A DNA stretch of 64,000 nt from Eledone cirrhosa (GCA_964016885.1 OZ024750.1:30628001-30692000), one strand, 5' to 3'. Numbered from the stretch's first letter, positions 39,571 through 54,863 are shown. Notes: a model not told the origin generated them from the letters alone. A program made the numbers and translations.

Positions 39571-40583
39571 ATGTATGTATAAACCAGAACTCCTGCTAGA
39601 GTTGTAGGCGCGCCGTATTGAATTACAGCGTTTTGTGAGCATTTTAAGCCTGGCGGTGCCCATCCCTCTCCAGGTCTGAACACAACCGAGAAAGAGTGAT
39701 AGAGAAGAAGAGAGGAAAAGATATAAAGGAAGAATCGCCCCGAGTACTGAATTGATACCTTTTTATCGACCTCAAAAGGACGAAAAGTAAAGTTGACTTC
39801 CGCGGGATTTGAACACAGAGAGCAAGGAACTGAAACGAACACCGCAAAGAATTCTATCCGACATTCTAAAGACTCTGTCAATTCGTCGTCCATGAAAAGC
39901 TATTACAATTCCTGTAATGGTTTCTCATTAAGGCGCAAGGCAAACAATTTTAGGGAGAAGAGGGGAAAGTTGATTATATCGGACCAAGGGGTTTACTGGT
40001 ATTTTAATTTATCGACCCTGTAAGGATGACAGTCAAAGCTAAGCTCGACGGGATTTAAATCAGAACGTTAAGGGACTCAATGTCTATAAATTAGTTGAAT
40101 AAGTCGGGTAAATAACTCTTAGAGATGGATAAATATGTGGACAGAGACGATTGCCGGAACCGAACCAACGAACTATGCATCTGAAGTATGTCAGACGACT
40201 GCGATAACAGTAAAACCAAGTAGCATGACTGATTATTCACCGCCTAATTAGAAATCTTAGTAGTTGGGGAGGAATTTGAATAGTTTTCAAACTTGCCCAA
40301 TTTCTTCTTAAAGTAGTCTATTTATTTTAGCATCCCTAGTCGGCGAATTAGCAAAATCGTTAGGATGTCGGATAGAATGCTTCGGCTCTCTACTCTCTAG
40401 TTCGGCCTCGCATGTGTGCCCATACTAATTACAGTTCTTTACAATTCTTCACTTCTATCACATTGAAAACCACTATTTACCATCCACCCACTCTTGTCTC
40501 TCACCCACCCACCATAACCCAGTAATATGCATATAAAACAAACATATGTTAACAGTTTGGATGGGACCACCCATGTAAACTCC

Positions 40584-40670
40584 CATATCTGAAGAAGTGT
40601 CGATTAAGAGTCAGGATCCGATCACATGATAAAACCCGAGCTGATCGATATGGAAACAATTTGTAATATG
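40584..40670 (+). ncRNA. Type I hammerhead ribozyme, family D, long stem II
   Basis: CATAT CTGAAGA a GTGTCGATTA ... TGATCGATAT g GAA ACA att TGT A^ ATATG; followed by AATAAA, a short tail and (TG)n. Confidence 0.72.
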
Positions 40671-41274
40671 TAATAAAGTTTACAAAAAGCTGCAATTCTT
40701 ATTATCACTCTGTCTCTCTATCTGTCTGTGTGTCTGTGTGTGTGTGTGTGTGTATAGCACGTACACCAACATACCCATATATAGAGTGCTTTGCTTAGTT
40801 ATTGGTATTGAGCCGTTCTTTGTTGTCCTTGCGTCAGTGCCTTTGTTATCTAATATGTATATCTTTCTAAAACTTGTTTGTACGTATGTAGCGCAGTTTG
40901 TTTCAGTTTGTTGTTCATTCGAGCGTGGCAGAGGTGATGTGAATATTTTTGGTGAGAGGAAATTTGGTCATAAAACTGAATCAGACAGAAAAAAACCATA
41001 TGAAGCTATAAACAGACTCATTAACTGCTTCTTCTTCTTCTTCTTCTTCTTCTTCTTCTTCTTCTTTTCGTATCTTCGAAGCATGTGGTTATATGACAGT
41101 TTCCTCAGTCCTTTCCATTATTATTAAATTCTGCTCCCGCCGAGGTTGACTTTGCCTTTCATCCATACGGGGTCGATAAAATAAAGTACCAGTAATGCAC
41201 TGGGTAATTGCTGGCCTTGTGCCTAAAGTAGAAACAATTATTATTAAATTCTGCGAGATCTTTTAAGCTACACT

Positions 41275-41780
41275 GGTTGGGTAGTAGAGGGCAAACAAGG
41301 CAGTGCTGCATCGTATGGTCCTCCTCTCAGCATTCGTATATGGTTGGGCCGGTCTTGTAGCCCCATCTGGCCATAGCAGCTTTTGATCACCCCATTCCTG
41401 TTCTCAAGGCGGTTGAGTGTCTTCCACTGGACCCATGATGCTTCTGAACACAACATGATGCTTAATGAACACAACCACAAGGATATGGTCCGAACGTGGA
41501 AGAGCCGAACTCCCACTGTCACCGCCTCCATCTCTCTCGCCCTCCTCATCTCTCTGTAGGGTGAGCAAATGGGGTCCCACGTGCTGGCCTCCCCACAGTC
41601 CCGGCGGACAGAATGGAGAAGGCGTTTCCCCATAGGATAGTAAGGGAGATGCGCTAGAAGAGCCATTCCAACTCGCGAGGCTCACACCTGCGGCTGGCCA
41701 GCTCAGCGCCTATGGTGGTAAGTAGGGAGGTAGCCCTAGGGCCAAGGACACCAGAAGTCTCCACTGCCAAGGACACGAGC
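41275..41780. mobile_element. GC-rich dispersed repeat, probably a LINE 5' region; partial copy at 2495-2670
   Basis: Shared gtgagcaa.tggggtcccacgtgctggcc...gaggctcacacctgcggctggccagctcagc.cctatggtggt.agt; adjoins RTE 3' fragment. Confidence 0.55.
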
Positions 41781-42409
41781 ACGAACCTGTGGAAGAGGTT
41801 GTAGTAGTTTAAGTTTGTTGTTCATTCAGAAGAAACCGTCTCAAATTGATCTGGCTGGATCCCCAAGTGAGACTATCAGAGCTCATGGATGTTATCCAAC
41901 CATCTTGCTCGGGATCTACCTCTGGGTTTTCATTTCGGTTGCATGTATTTGCAATCGAATTCTATTGGTTATACCAAAAGTTAATTGTTTCTACTTTAGG
42001 CACAAGGCCAGCAATTACCCAGCGCATTACTGGTACTTCATTTTATCGACCCCGTAAGGATGAAAGGCAAAGTCAACCTCGTCGACCAAGCTACAACACG
42101 CCGCCGTCCGGGCGTCGACATCGGCTGGATTCCCCTGCAGCCACACGGGTCGGAGGCGGCCAACTGGGCACGCCTTAACGGCGGACAAAAATTAATGACC
42201 ATAGATAAGGGTTGCCACGAATACCGAATTAAAGATAGCAAGTTTCTTTCATTTGACTTCGGTTATCAACTGATAAGGGTGTTTAATTCCAATTCAAACG
42301 CTAGCTATATGAAGCTTCTCAATTTCATTTTCGTTTCTCTCATTCCTTATACTGCTTAGTTACCTCAGTATACACTGCTCCTTTTGCATTGAAGAGGCTT
42401 CTAACACAT

Positions 42410-42470
<61 letters not shown>

Positions 42471-42475
42471 CGTGT

Positions 42476-42506
<31 letters not shown>

Positions 42507-42869
42507 ATGTTCATACATTGCCGTTTTGTGAAAAAACCAAGAAGCGGGAATTCAAAACATGGAGATTAAAAACTAAAATCTCTTTTTTGCTACTCAATTT
42601 TCATGTCAGTATGACCTTCAGGCAAAAGGTGGTATAAATGAACATAATGCAAAATTCACTTCCACCAATACAAACGATATGACACTAAAAACAAATGTGA
42701 TGATAGACGGCAGGCTAAAGACTTTACCGTCGAAATCAAAGAGAAACAATAAAGGATTAAAGAGGAGGACTTTCCCATTCGACCTCCTATGTGTCACTCC
42801 TTCTAGTGCTGGTGCCACTATAAAATACACCCAGTACCTCATGTAAAATATTAGTGTTACTAGTACGAT

Positions 42870-43062
42870 AATTGTTTCTACTTTTTGGCACAAGGCCAGC
42901 AATTATCCCAGTGTGTTACTGGTACTTTATTTTATCGACCCCCGTAAGGATGAAAGGCAAAGTTAACCTCGGCGGGATTTGAATTCAGAATGGCAAGGGC
43001 CGTAACTCTATACGTCAAAGCATGGCGTCCGACCCTCTACCGATACTGCCAATCCACCGCCC
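42870..43062 (-). mobile_element. tRNA-derived SINE, full-length representative of the dominant family (about 20 copies, e.g. 1239-1421, 4046-4233, 4245-4470, 6140-6920, 9259-9448, 13375-13545, 31411-31780, 32365-32936, 33911-34101, 39740-40075, 41137-41240, 41985-42085)
   Basis: A box (TGGCAGTATCGG), B box (GAGTTCAAATCC in most copies), central GCCTTTCATCCTTACGGGGTCGATAAAATAAAGTACCAG, 16-bp TSD ttactagtacgataat. Confidence 0.9.
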
Positions 43063-43619
43063 TTACTAGTACGATAATGGCTGTGAATTGGCAGAGTTTA
43101 TTACTGGGGTCGATTCTTTCTCTATATATCTTTCTCATTCCCTCTCACTTTAGGAGAAGGATCACTCTGATTTCAAAACCAAGGTAGATGGCACTCCTTA
43201 GTTACCTTCATGACAGTCTTTCAAGTGGTCTACAGCTTCATCCTTATGATGAGGTGGATGATCTGTGGCTTGGTAGTGGCCAGCCACACGAATCTGTAAC
43301 ATAACCTGATCAAGCAATGCCTGTGCTTTGAAGGTTTTTAACTGGAGAAAGGCCTTGCACTCGACCAATCCCACTCTCTGAGCATCGAAAACACTATCCG
43401 AAAAGGAGAACTATATATACATATATGTATATAATTCTCTTTTTCGGGTAGTGCGGCAGAAACTCAAGTCCGGGAACCTTATAGGCACCCGTTTTACGTG
43501 CGTTGTGTTGAGGCAAATAACTATGTGTATACTCTGGTAATGTATCTTACATTGCCCATTGAGTGCGCTGATATACAACCGGTACTGGCATTGATAAATA
43601 TGGTGGGTCCGTCAACCCT

Positions 43620-43698
<79 letters not shown>

Positions 43699-43859
43699 AT
43701 ACATTAACAGAGAAAGCTTTAAGCGATACTCTGAGCAACTCCATCTCACTCAACAAACATTAGGATATACCTAAGTATAATCCCAATTTAGTGTTTGGGG
43801 TGCTAACTATACAGTATTCCGTGGATAGCTGGTTGTATTATATATATATATATATATAC

Positions 43860-43898
<39 letters not shown>

Positions 43899-44371
43899 TG
43901 GGTAGGTAGAGGAGTGGGGGAGTGGAGGAGAGAAAGTGCGAGAACATTGCACAAAACGGAAAACAATGGCTTTAGCAGCCGACACTGTAAATTGACCTTT
44001 CAGCTATAGTCAAACATTTTAAAACAAACTAGATAAATATTGTTTAGTTATCTTAACAACAGTAACCAGGCTACTTCAATAAACCAACACCAGGTTTTAT
44101 TAAGGCTTATAACAAGAACAAACAGATTCTTGTACATAATGTTATATACAATGTCATATTTGGAGTAGGGATTGAGTACAAGAAATGTTCGTTTTGTTAA
44201 ATGTTTTGTCGACTGGAGTGAAATGATTTGACAAGCTAAATTTCAGGTAATCAATATTTTACATTAACAAATAACTTTATTTACTATTTACTTAGACAAG
44301 AATGTTTTGCTACAAATACTTTATAGATGCTACAAATACTTTATATATATATATATATATATGTGTATATA

Positions 44372-44444
<73 letters not shown>

Positions 44445-44531
44445 GAGAGGTATAGAAATTGTTTTAGTGAGAAGCTAACAGCATTCTATAACATATATGC
44501 GACTATAACGTCAAGATGGGAAAAGTATACA

Positions 44532-44565
<34 letters not shown>

Positions 44566-44602
44566 CATATATATACATATATATATATATACATATATAT
44601 AC

Positions 44603-44635
<33 letters not shown>

Positions 44636-44656
44636 CATATATATACATATATATAC

Positions 44657-44687
<31 letters not shown>

Positions 44688-44706
44688 CACATATATATAT
44701 ACATAC

Positions 44707-44737
<31 letters not shown>

Positions 44738-44762
44738 CATATACACATATATATATACATAC

Positions 44763-44809
<47 letters not shown>

Positions 44810-44818
44810 CATATATAC

Positions 44819-45037
<219 letters not shown>

Positions 45038-45050
45038 CATATATATATAC

Positions 45051-45083
<33 letters not shown>

Positions 45084-45251
45084 CATATATACATATTGTT
45101 ATACTTTGGGAGGGTCATGTTGCCAATAAGAAACACACGCACCAGTTGCTTTCACTTCAATTTAATTTAATATATATTTATAAATTTACAAATTTATAAA
45201 TTTCTGGTTGGTTGGTTGGTTCCACAACCAGATAGTTGTTTATATATATAT

Positions 45252-45296
45252 AGTCATAGTTCTTTCGTCACACACTCTGTGACCTCTTCAGTGACT
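45252..45296 (-). ncRNA. Hammerhead ribozyme, family A (mirror arm)
   Basis: Exact reverse complement of 46743-46787. Confidence 0.8.
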
Positions 45297-46742
45297 GGGG
45301 ATTTCTTTCTTCGTTTCTGTGCCTTTCCTTTCTTCTATCCTACGCCATTTTGTTTGTGTGTGGGTTGCGTGCTCAGTTTGCGCATGCGCCACATCCGGGT
45401 GTCTGTGTGTGTTTGTGTTCATTTTTCTATTTTTCTATTTATATTTGTTTGTTTATTTATTTATTTATTGTTGGTTGGTTGTTTGTTCTATGTGTGTGTG
45501 TGTTTTCATTTTGTCTTGTGTGTGTTTTCATTTTGTGTGTGTTTTCAATTGTAAGTTGTTTGTTCTATGTGTGTGTGTGTTTTCATTTTGTCCTTAATTG
45601 TAAGTTGTGATGTTGCTGTTCCACTCATATTTTCTATTTAATTTTGGTTTTAATTCTTTTATGCTTACTGCCTCTGTAATTTGCCTAAACATTGCGTCTT
45701 TCTTGTGTGTGGATTCTATTTTTATTTCTATGCTCTCTAATTTACCCCTGTGTTCTATCTTAGCATGTTGGTAGAGCACAGATGATTCTTTACTATCTTG
45801 GAGGTCTCGCCAGTGTTCATTTATTCGTTCCCCTATACTACGAGCTGTCTCACCTATGTACACTATATTTTTGTTTCTACATTGTCCCTCAGTACATCTT
45901 ATGCTATATACTACATTTCTAGTTTTACAGTTAATATGGGGGCTTATTTTACAGGTTATACATTTCTTATCTATACATGAGGGTCTTTGGAACGGGTATG
46001 TCTTGCTAATAAGTGTTTATAAGTGTTTATTAGCAAGACATACCCGTTCCAAAGACCCTCATGTATAGATAAGAAATGTATAACCTGTAAAATAAGCCCC
46101 CATATTAACTGTAAAACTAGAAATGTAGTATATAGCATAAGATGTACTGAGGGACAATGTAGAAACAAAAATATAGTGTACATAGGTGAGACAGCTCGTA
46201 GTATAGGGGAACGAATAAATGAACACTGGCGAGACCTCCAAGATAGTAAAGAATCATCTGTGCTCTACCAACATGCTAAGATAGAACACAGGGGTAAATT
46301 AGAGAGCATAGAAATAAAAATAGAATCCACACACAAGAAAGACGCAATGTTTAGGCAAATTACAGAGGCAGTAAGCATAAAAGAATTAAAACCAAAATTA
46401 AATAGAAAATATGAGTGGAACAGCAACATCACAACTTACAATTAAGGACAAAATGAAAACACACACACACATAGAACAAACAACTTACAATTGAAAACAC
46501 ACACAAAATGAAAACACACACAAGACAAAATGAAAACACACACACACATAGAACAAACAACCAACCAACAATAAATAAATAAATAAACAAACAAATATAA
46601 ATAGAAAAATAGAAAAATGAACACAAACACACACAGACACCCGGATGTGGCGCATGCGCAAACTGAGCACGCAACCCACACACAAACAAAATGGCGTAGG
46701 ATAGAAGAAAGGAAAGGCACAGAAACGAAGAAAGAAATCCCC

Positions 46743-46787
46743 AGTCACTGAAGAGGTCACAGAGTGTGTGACGAAAGAACTATGACT
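46743..46787 (+). ncRNA. Minimal type I hammerhead ribozyme, family A
   Basis: AGTCA CTGAAGA G GTCACA gagtg TGTGAC GAAA G aa C TA^ TGACT: stem I 5 bp, stem II 6 bp, very short stem III. Confidence 0.8.
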
Positions 46788-47080
46788 ATATATATATAAA
46801 CAACTATCTGGTTGTGGAACCAACCAACCAACCAGAAATTTATAAATTTGTAAATTTATAAATATATATTAAATTAAATTGAAGTGAAAGCAACTGGTGC
46901 GTGTGTTTCTTATTGGCAACATGACCCTCCCAAAGTATAACAATATCGGTTTCAACACACGATTTCAGATAAAGAATCTTGCTAAACAAATTCAGAAACG
47001 ACATATATACATATATATATACATATATATATATATATACATATATATATACATATATATATATATACATATATATATAC

Positions 47081-47111
<31 letters not shown>

Positions 47112-47118
47112 CATATAC

Positions 47119-47225
<107 letters not shown>

Positions 47226-47234
47226 CATATATAC

Positions 47235-47267
<33 letters not shown>

Positions 47268-47276
47268 CATATATAC

Positions 47277-47393
<117 letters not shown>

Positions 47394-47412
47394 CATAGTT
47401 TTAATATAGATG

Positions 47413-47463
47413 AGATTCTACAGGACTAGAACTGTTTCATTCATTTGAAATCATCAGGAATCT
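47413..47463 (-). ncRNA. Hammerhead ribozyme, family B (mirror arm)
   Basis: Reverse complement of 52670-52720. Confidence 0.82.
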
Positions 47464-48945
47464 GGGTATCAAAAAATAAATATGGTATTTATAGGTCTCT
47501 ACAAGTGGTAGGAGAGGGTGGGGAGTGGGATGGGTGCAGGTCATTGGTTGATAGAAAAGGGAATTCATTAAAAGCTAATTCTACAAAGCTATAGTTTATT
47601 TTTATTTTTATTTTTATTTATTTATGTTTTTAGAGTAACAAGGGCAGACAGAATTCTATAAACAGGTTCCGGATGGCCTACCATTCCTTGTCAATAAGTT
47701 TCTTTTAAGCTAACAGATGTCTATAAAATCAGTGGGGGGGTCAGTCATAGTCGATAGAATTAAAGAAAAGGGAGATTCTTTAAAAGCTAAAGTCATTAAG
47801 GTTCTACTAAGTGACAAAGGTCTAGAGAATTCTGCAGACAGATTCAAAATACTGAGTGCATATCTTACTATTATCTTCGAACTTCTCTTAAACTAATCAA
47901 CTATATGCCAAAAATCAACAGACACATTCACAAAAAAACAAAAAAACACATACTCACTCACACACTTACGCGCAACCATAAACACACACACAAACACATA
48001 TACACACATAGGTACTACACCATCTTTAATAAGAACACTATAAGACTGTCTTACTCCACCACACCTAACCTAGCTAGGAATATAGCCAACCACAATTCTA
48101 AACTAAATAAGCCAACCACCTCCGAAACCAATCCCCGGACTGGGGCTCTATGTAATTGCCTAAATAAGGAAGCATGCCCACTTGAAAACAAATGCCTCAC
48201 AAATGACATCGTATACAAATGCGATGTCATCTCAGGCACCGAGGATTGCAAAAAAACTTACATCGGCATGACCTCCAACAACTTTAAGACCCGTTGGTAT
48301 GCCCATACCCACTCCTTCAGAAGACCGGATAAATCAAATCAGACAACACTCGCCTCCTACGTTTGGGACCTCAAAAGGAACTCCACCCCCTTCACGCTTA
48401 ATTGGAAAATACTCCAGAAAACGCGCTCTTACAACGGAGGACACAAGGGCTGCGACCTTTGTATTTCAGAGAGCTACGAAATTTTATTCGCCAAGGGCCC
48501 GCTACTGAACAAACTCTCTGAACACTGCCCGAACTGCATGCACAAGAACTTTGCAACATTCAAACACTTTAAGCCAGTGTTAAAGCCCGATGGCTAAAAA
48601 CGACCTCCCCCTATTGGCCCCTATACCTCCTCCCCACCCTACCCCCACCCCTCCTCAACCTGAAATACGGCCACTATGGTTATGTGAGTACCTCTTTCGT
48701 ATCTACATTTTCTGCCTGTAGAGGTGTCTTTATGTGCCTGCGTATATGCGTATATTTATTGAGTACCTATTTACTTGTATGTGTATATATTTGTTTGTAT
48801 GTGTGTATATGTGTGTATGTGTGTGTGTATATATATATATTTATATATGTGTATATATATATGTTTGTGTGTATATGTGTTTTATGTGTGTATATTTATG
48901 TATGTATATGTATGTATATGCTTGTGTATATGTATGTATATATAT

Positions 48946-48992
<47 letters not shown>

Positions 48993-48999
48993 ATGTATG

Positions 49000-49031
<32 letters not shown>

Positions 49032-49145
49032 TGTATGTGTATGTATGTATGTATGTTTATGTATATGTATGTGTATGTGTGTATGTATATATATATATAT
49101 GTGTGTATATGTGTATATATATATATATGTATATGTATATATATG

Positions 49146-49185
<40 letters not shown>

Positions 49186-49279
49186 TATGTATGTATGTGT
49201 GTATATATGTGTGTGTATGTATATATATATATGTATATGTATGTGTGTGTGTGTATGTATGTATGTGTGTGCGTGTGTG

Positions 49280-49357
<78 letters not shown>

Positions 49358-49419
49358 GTTGTGTGGGCAGGTGTGTATATATATATGTATATATATATAT
49401 GAGTGTGTGTGTGTATTTG

Positions 49420-49454
<35 letters not shown>

Positions 49455-49481
49455 ATGTATGTGTGTGTGTATATATATGTA

Positions 49482-49532
<51 letters not shown>

Positions 49533-49551
49533 GTGTATATGTATATGTATG

Positions 49552-49584
<33 letters not shown>

Positions 49585-49683
49585 ATGTGTGTATATATGT
49601 GTATATATATGTATATATATGTGTCTGTGTATGTGTATGTGTGTATGTATGTATATATGTGTGTATGTATGTGTATGTATATA

Positions 49684-49745
<62 letters not shown>

Positions 49746-49823
49746 TGTATATATATGTGCGTGAGAGAGAGAGTGTGTATATATATTTGTGTGTGTGTGT
49801 GTGTATGTGTGTATGCGCGTGTG

Positions 49824-49918
<95 letters not shown>

Positions 49919-50014
49919 GTGTGTGTATATATGCGTTATATGTCTGTATATATATGTGTATATTTATGTATAGGTCTGTGTATGTATGTGTATATTTGTA
50001 TATGTATGGATATG

Positions 50015-50087
<73 letters not shown>

Positions 50088-50304
50088 TTGTGTGTGTGTA
50101 TAGATGTTTATACATAAGCATGTGTATGTGTGTGTGTGTGTGTGTATATATATGTGTGTGTGTATATATATGTGTGTGCGTGTATATATATGTGTGTGTA
50201 TTTGTATGTATGTGTATGTATATATGTATGTATGTATGTGTATGTATGTATGTATATGTATAGATATATATATATATATATGTATATATGTGTATATGTA
50301 TGTA

Positions 50305-50370
<66 letters not shown>

Positions 50371-50472
50371 ATGTATGTATGTGTATATATGTGTGTGTGT
50401 ATGTGTGTGTATATGTGTATATACAATATGTATATGTGTGTGTAAAAATATATGTATGTATATGTGTATGTA

Positions 50473-50509
<37 letters not shown>

Positions 50510-50669
50510 GTATATGTATGTATATATGTATGTACATGCGTGTATATATGTGTGCATATATGTGTTTATATGTATGTATGTGTATATGTATGTTTGTATG
50601 TGTGTTTGTATGTGTATATATATATGTATATGTATATGTATATATGTGTGTATATATATATATATATGT

Positions 50670-50703
<34 letters not shown>

Positions 50704-51094
50704 ATATGTATATGTGTGTGTGTGTGTATGTATGTGTGTGTATATTTTTTTATGTATATGTATATATTTGTGTGTATGTATATATATATATATATATATG
50801 TATATACATATGTATATGTGTATGTGTGTGTATGTGTGTGTGTGTGTATATGTATATATGTATATGTGTGGGTGTGTGTATATATGTGTGTATATATGTG
50901 TATATATATGTATACATATATATATATATATATATATATATGTGTATATGTGTGTGTGCGTATGTGTGTATATATATGTGTGTGTGTATATATATATGTA
51001 TATATATATATATGTATGTATGGTGCTCTTTCCTTATATTTGTGTATGTATGTGTATGTGTGTGTATGTGTGTGTATATATATATATATGTGTG

Positions 51095-51173
<79 letters not shown>

Positions 51174-51238
51174 ATGTATGTATGTGTGTGTGTGTGTTTG
51201 TATGTGTATATATTTGTTTATGCGTGTGTATATATATA

Positions 51239-51311
<73 letters not shown>

Positions 51312-51447
51312 ATGTGTATGTATGTATATATGTATGTGGTTATATATATGAATGTATATATATATATGTATTTGTGTATATATATATGTGTGTGTGTGTT
51401 TGTGTGTATGTGTGTGTATATGTGTATATATATATGTGTGTGTATGG

Positions 51448-51522
<75 letters not shown>

Positions 51523-51686
51523 CATGTGTGTGTGTGTATGTATATATGTGTATATATGTATATATATATATATATATATGTATATGTGTATATATATATG
51601 TATATATATATGTATACGTATGTGTGTGTATATATGTATGTGTTTGTATGTATGTGTGGATGTGTGTATATATATATATATATGTA

Positions 51687-51733
<47 letters not shown>

Positions 51734-51916
51734 ATATGTGTGTATATATATATATGTATGTATTTATATATATATTTGTGTATGTATATATGTCTATGTG
51801 TATTTGTGTGTATATACATGTATATTCGTGTTTGTATGTATGCGTGTGAGTGTATTTATTTGTGTATATATATATGTGTGTGTGTGTGTATGTATGTGTA
51901 TGTGTGTGTGTGTGTA

Positions 51917-51961
<45 letters not shown>

Positions 51962-51976
51962 TTATATATGTGTATA

Positions 51977-52033
<57 letters not shown>

Positions 52034-52669
52034 TATATATGTATGTGTGTATGTATGTCTGTATGTACGTGTGTGTACATGAATATATATTTATATATTT
52101 TTTTATATATATGTGCGTGTGTTTTTATGTGTGTATATGTGTTTGTGTGTGTGTTTATGGTTGCGCGTAAGTGTGTGAGTGAGTATGTGTTTTTTTGTTT
52201 TTTTGTGAATGTGTCTGTTGATTTTTGGCATATAGTTGATTAGTTTAAGAGAAGTTCTAAGATAATAGTAAGATATGCACTCAGTATTTTGAATCTGTCT
52301 GCAGAATTCTCTAGACCTTTGTCACTTAGTAGAACCTTAATGACTTTAGCTTTTAAAGAATCTCCCTTTTCTTTAATTCTATGGACTATGACTGACCCCC
52401 ACTGATTTTATAGACATCTGTTAGCTTAAGAGAAACTTATTGACAAGGAATGGTAGGCCATCCGGAACCTGTTTATAGAATTCTGTCTGCCCTTGTTACT
52501 CTAAAAACATAAATAAATAAAATAAAAATAAAAATAAACTATAGCTTTGTAGAATTAGCTTTTAATGAATTCCCTTTTCTATCAACCAATGACCTGCACC
52601 CATCCCACTCCCCACCCTCTCCTACCACTTGTAGAGACCTATAAATACCATATTTATTTTTTGATACCC

Positions 52670-52720
52670 AGATTCCTGATGATTTCAAATGAATGAAACA
52701 GTTCTAGTCCTGTAGAATCT
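52670..52720 (+). ncRNA. Type I hammerhead ribozyme, family B
   Basis: AGATTC CTGATGA t TTCA aa TGAA t GAA ACAG ttctagtc CTGT A^ GAATCT: stem I 6 bp, stem III 4 bp, GUA cleavage triplet. Confidence 0.82.
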
Positions 52721-52814
52721 CATCTATATTAAAACTGTTATACTCTGCTATGTATTGAGTACCTTACTTACTGTGCTTACCTCCGATTCAACCCGGAATA
52801 ACGTATATATATAC

Positions 52815-52921
<107 letters not shown>

Positions 52922-52932
52922 CATATATATAC

Positions 52933-52979
<47 letters not shown>

Positions 52980-52980
52980 C

Positions 52981-53011
<31 letters not shown>

Positions 53012-53071
53012 CATATATATAATATATATATATACATATATATATACATATATATATACATATATATATAC

Positions 53072-53110
<39 letters not shown>

Positions 53111-53147
53111 CATATATATATACATATATATATACATATATATATAC

Positions 53148-53254
<107 letters not shown>

Positions 53255-53281
53255 CATATATATACATATATATATATATAC

Positions 53282-53366
<85 letters not shown>

Positions 53367-53367
53367 C

Positions 53368-53462
<95 letters not shown>

Positions 53463-53734
53463 TATATACATATATATGTATACATATATATATATACATA
53501 TATATATATACATATATATATATACATATATATACATATATATATATACATATATATATATACATATATATATATACATATATATATATACATATATATA
53601 TATACATATACATATATATATATACATATATATATATACATATACATATATATATATACATTATATATATACATATATATATATACATATACATATATAT
53701 ATATACATATATATATATACATATATATATATAC

Positions 53735-53819
<85 letters not shown>

Positions 53820-53852
53820 CATATATATATATACACACATATATATATATAC

Positions 53853-53886
<34 letters not shown>

Positions 53887-53899
53887 GTACATATATATG

Positions 53900-54075
<176 letters not shown>

Positions 54076-54076
54076 C

Positions 54077-54133
<57 letters not shown>

Positions 54134-54164
54134 CATATATACATATATACATATATATATATAC

Positions 54165-54223
<59 letters not shown>

Positions 54224-54266
54224 CATATATATATACATATATACATATATACATATATACATATAC

Positions 54267-54387
<121 letters not shown>

Positions 54388-54492
54388 CATATATATATAT
54401 AGATATACATATATATATATATATATACATATATATATACACACATATATATATATACATATATATATACATATATATATATATATATGTAC

Positions 54493-54549
<57 letters not shown>

Positions 54550-54550
54550 C

Positions 54551-54620
<70 letters not shown>

Positions 54621-54659
54621 GTACATATATATATATATATACATATATATATATGTACA

Positions 54660-54712
<53 letters not shown>

Positions 54713-54717
54713 GTACA

Positions 54718-54753
<36 letters not shown>

Positions 54754-54782
54754 CATATATATACACATATATATATATGTAC

Positions 54783-54815
<33 letters not shown>

Positions 54816-54828
54816 CATATATATACAC

Positions 54829-54863
<35 letters not shown>

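Larger units (their letters stand above)
45093..47001. mobile_element. Penelope-like element family A, copy 1: near-perfect palindrome (920-bp arms 45093-46012 and 46027-46946) with GIY-YIG endonuclease C-terminus in each arm and 55-nt tail
   Basis: ORF 46023-46445 NVVYSIRC...VYIGETARSIGERINEH...RQITEAVSI...LN and its mirror 45594-45863; hammerhead in each arm; (TA)n flanks. Confidence 0.93.
47397..52803 (+). mobile_element. Penelope-like element family B: inverted 614-bp terminal copy (47397-48010), GIY-YIG fragment (48011-48597), 3.4-kb internal TA/TG microsatellite, unique 3' region with hammerhead (52126-52736) and 67-nt tail
   Basis: IFNKNTIRLSYSTTPNL...CNCLNKEACPLENKCL..IVYKC...YIGMTSNNFKTRWYAH...CDLCISE...LLNK; 47397-48010 is the reverse complement of 52126-52736. 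Confidence 0.9.

Noticed and set aside
47905-48010. N-terminus of the 230-aa ORF (and 58761-58796 of the 257-aa ORF) as real protein starts
   Set aside because: These segments come from the inverted arm across the junction; the ORFs are chimeric 5'-truncated fragments.
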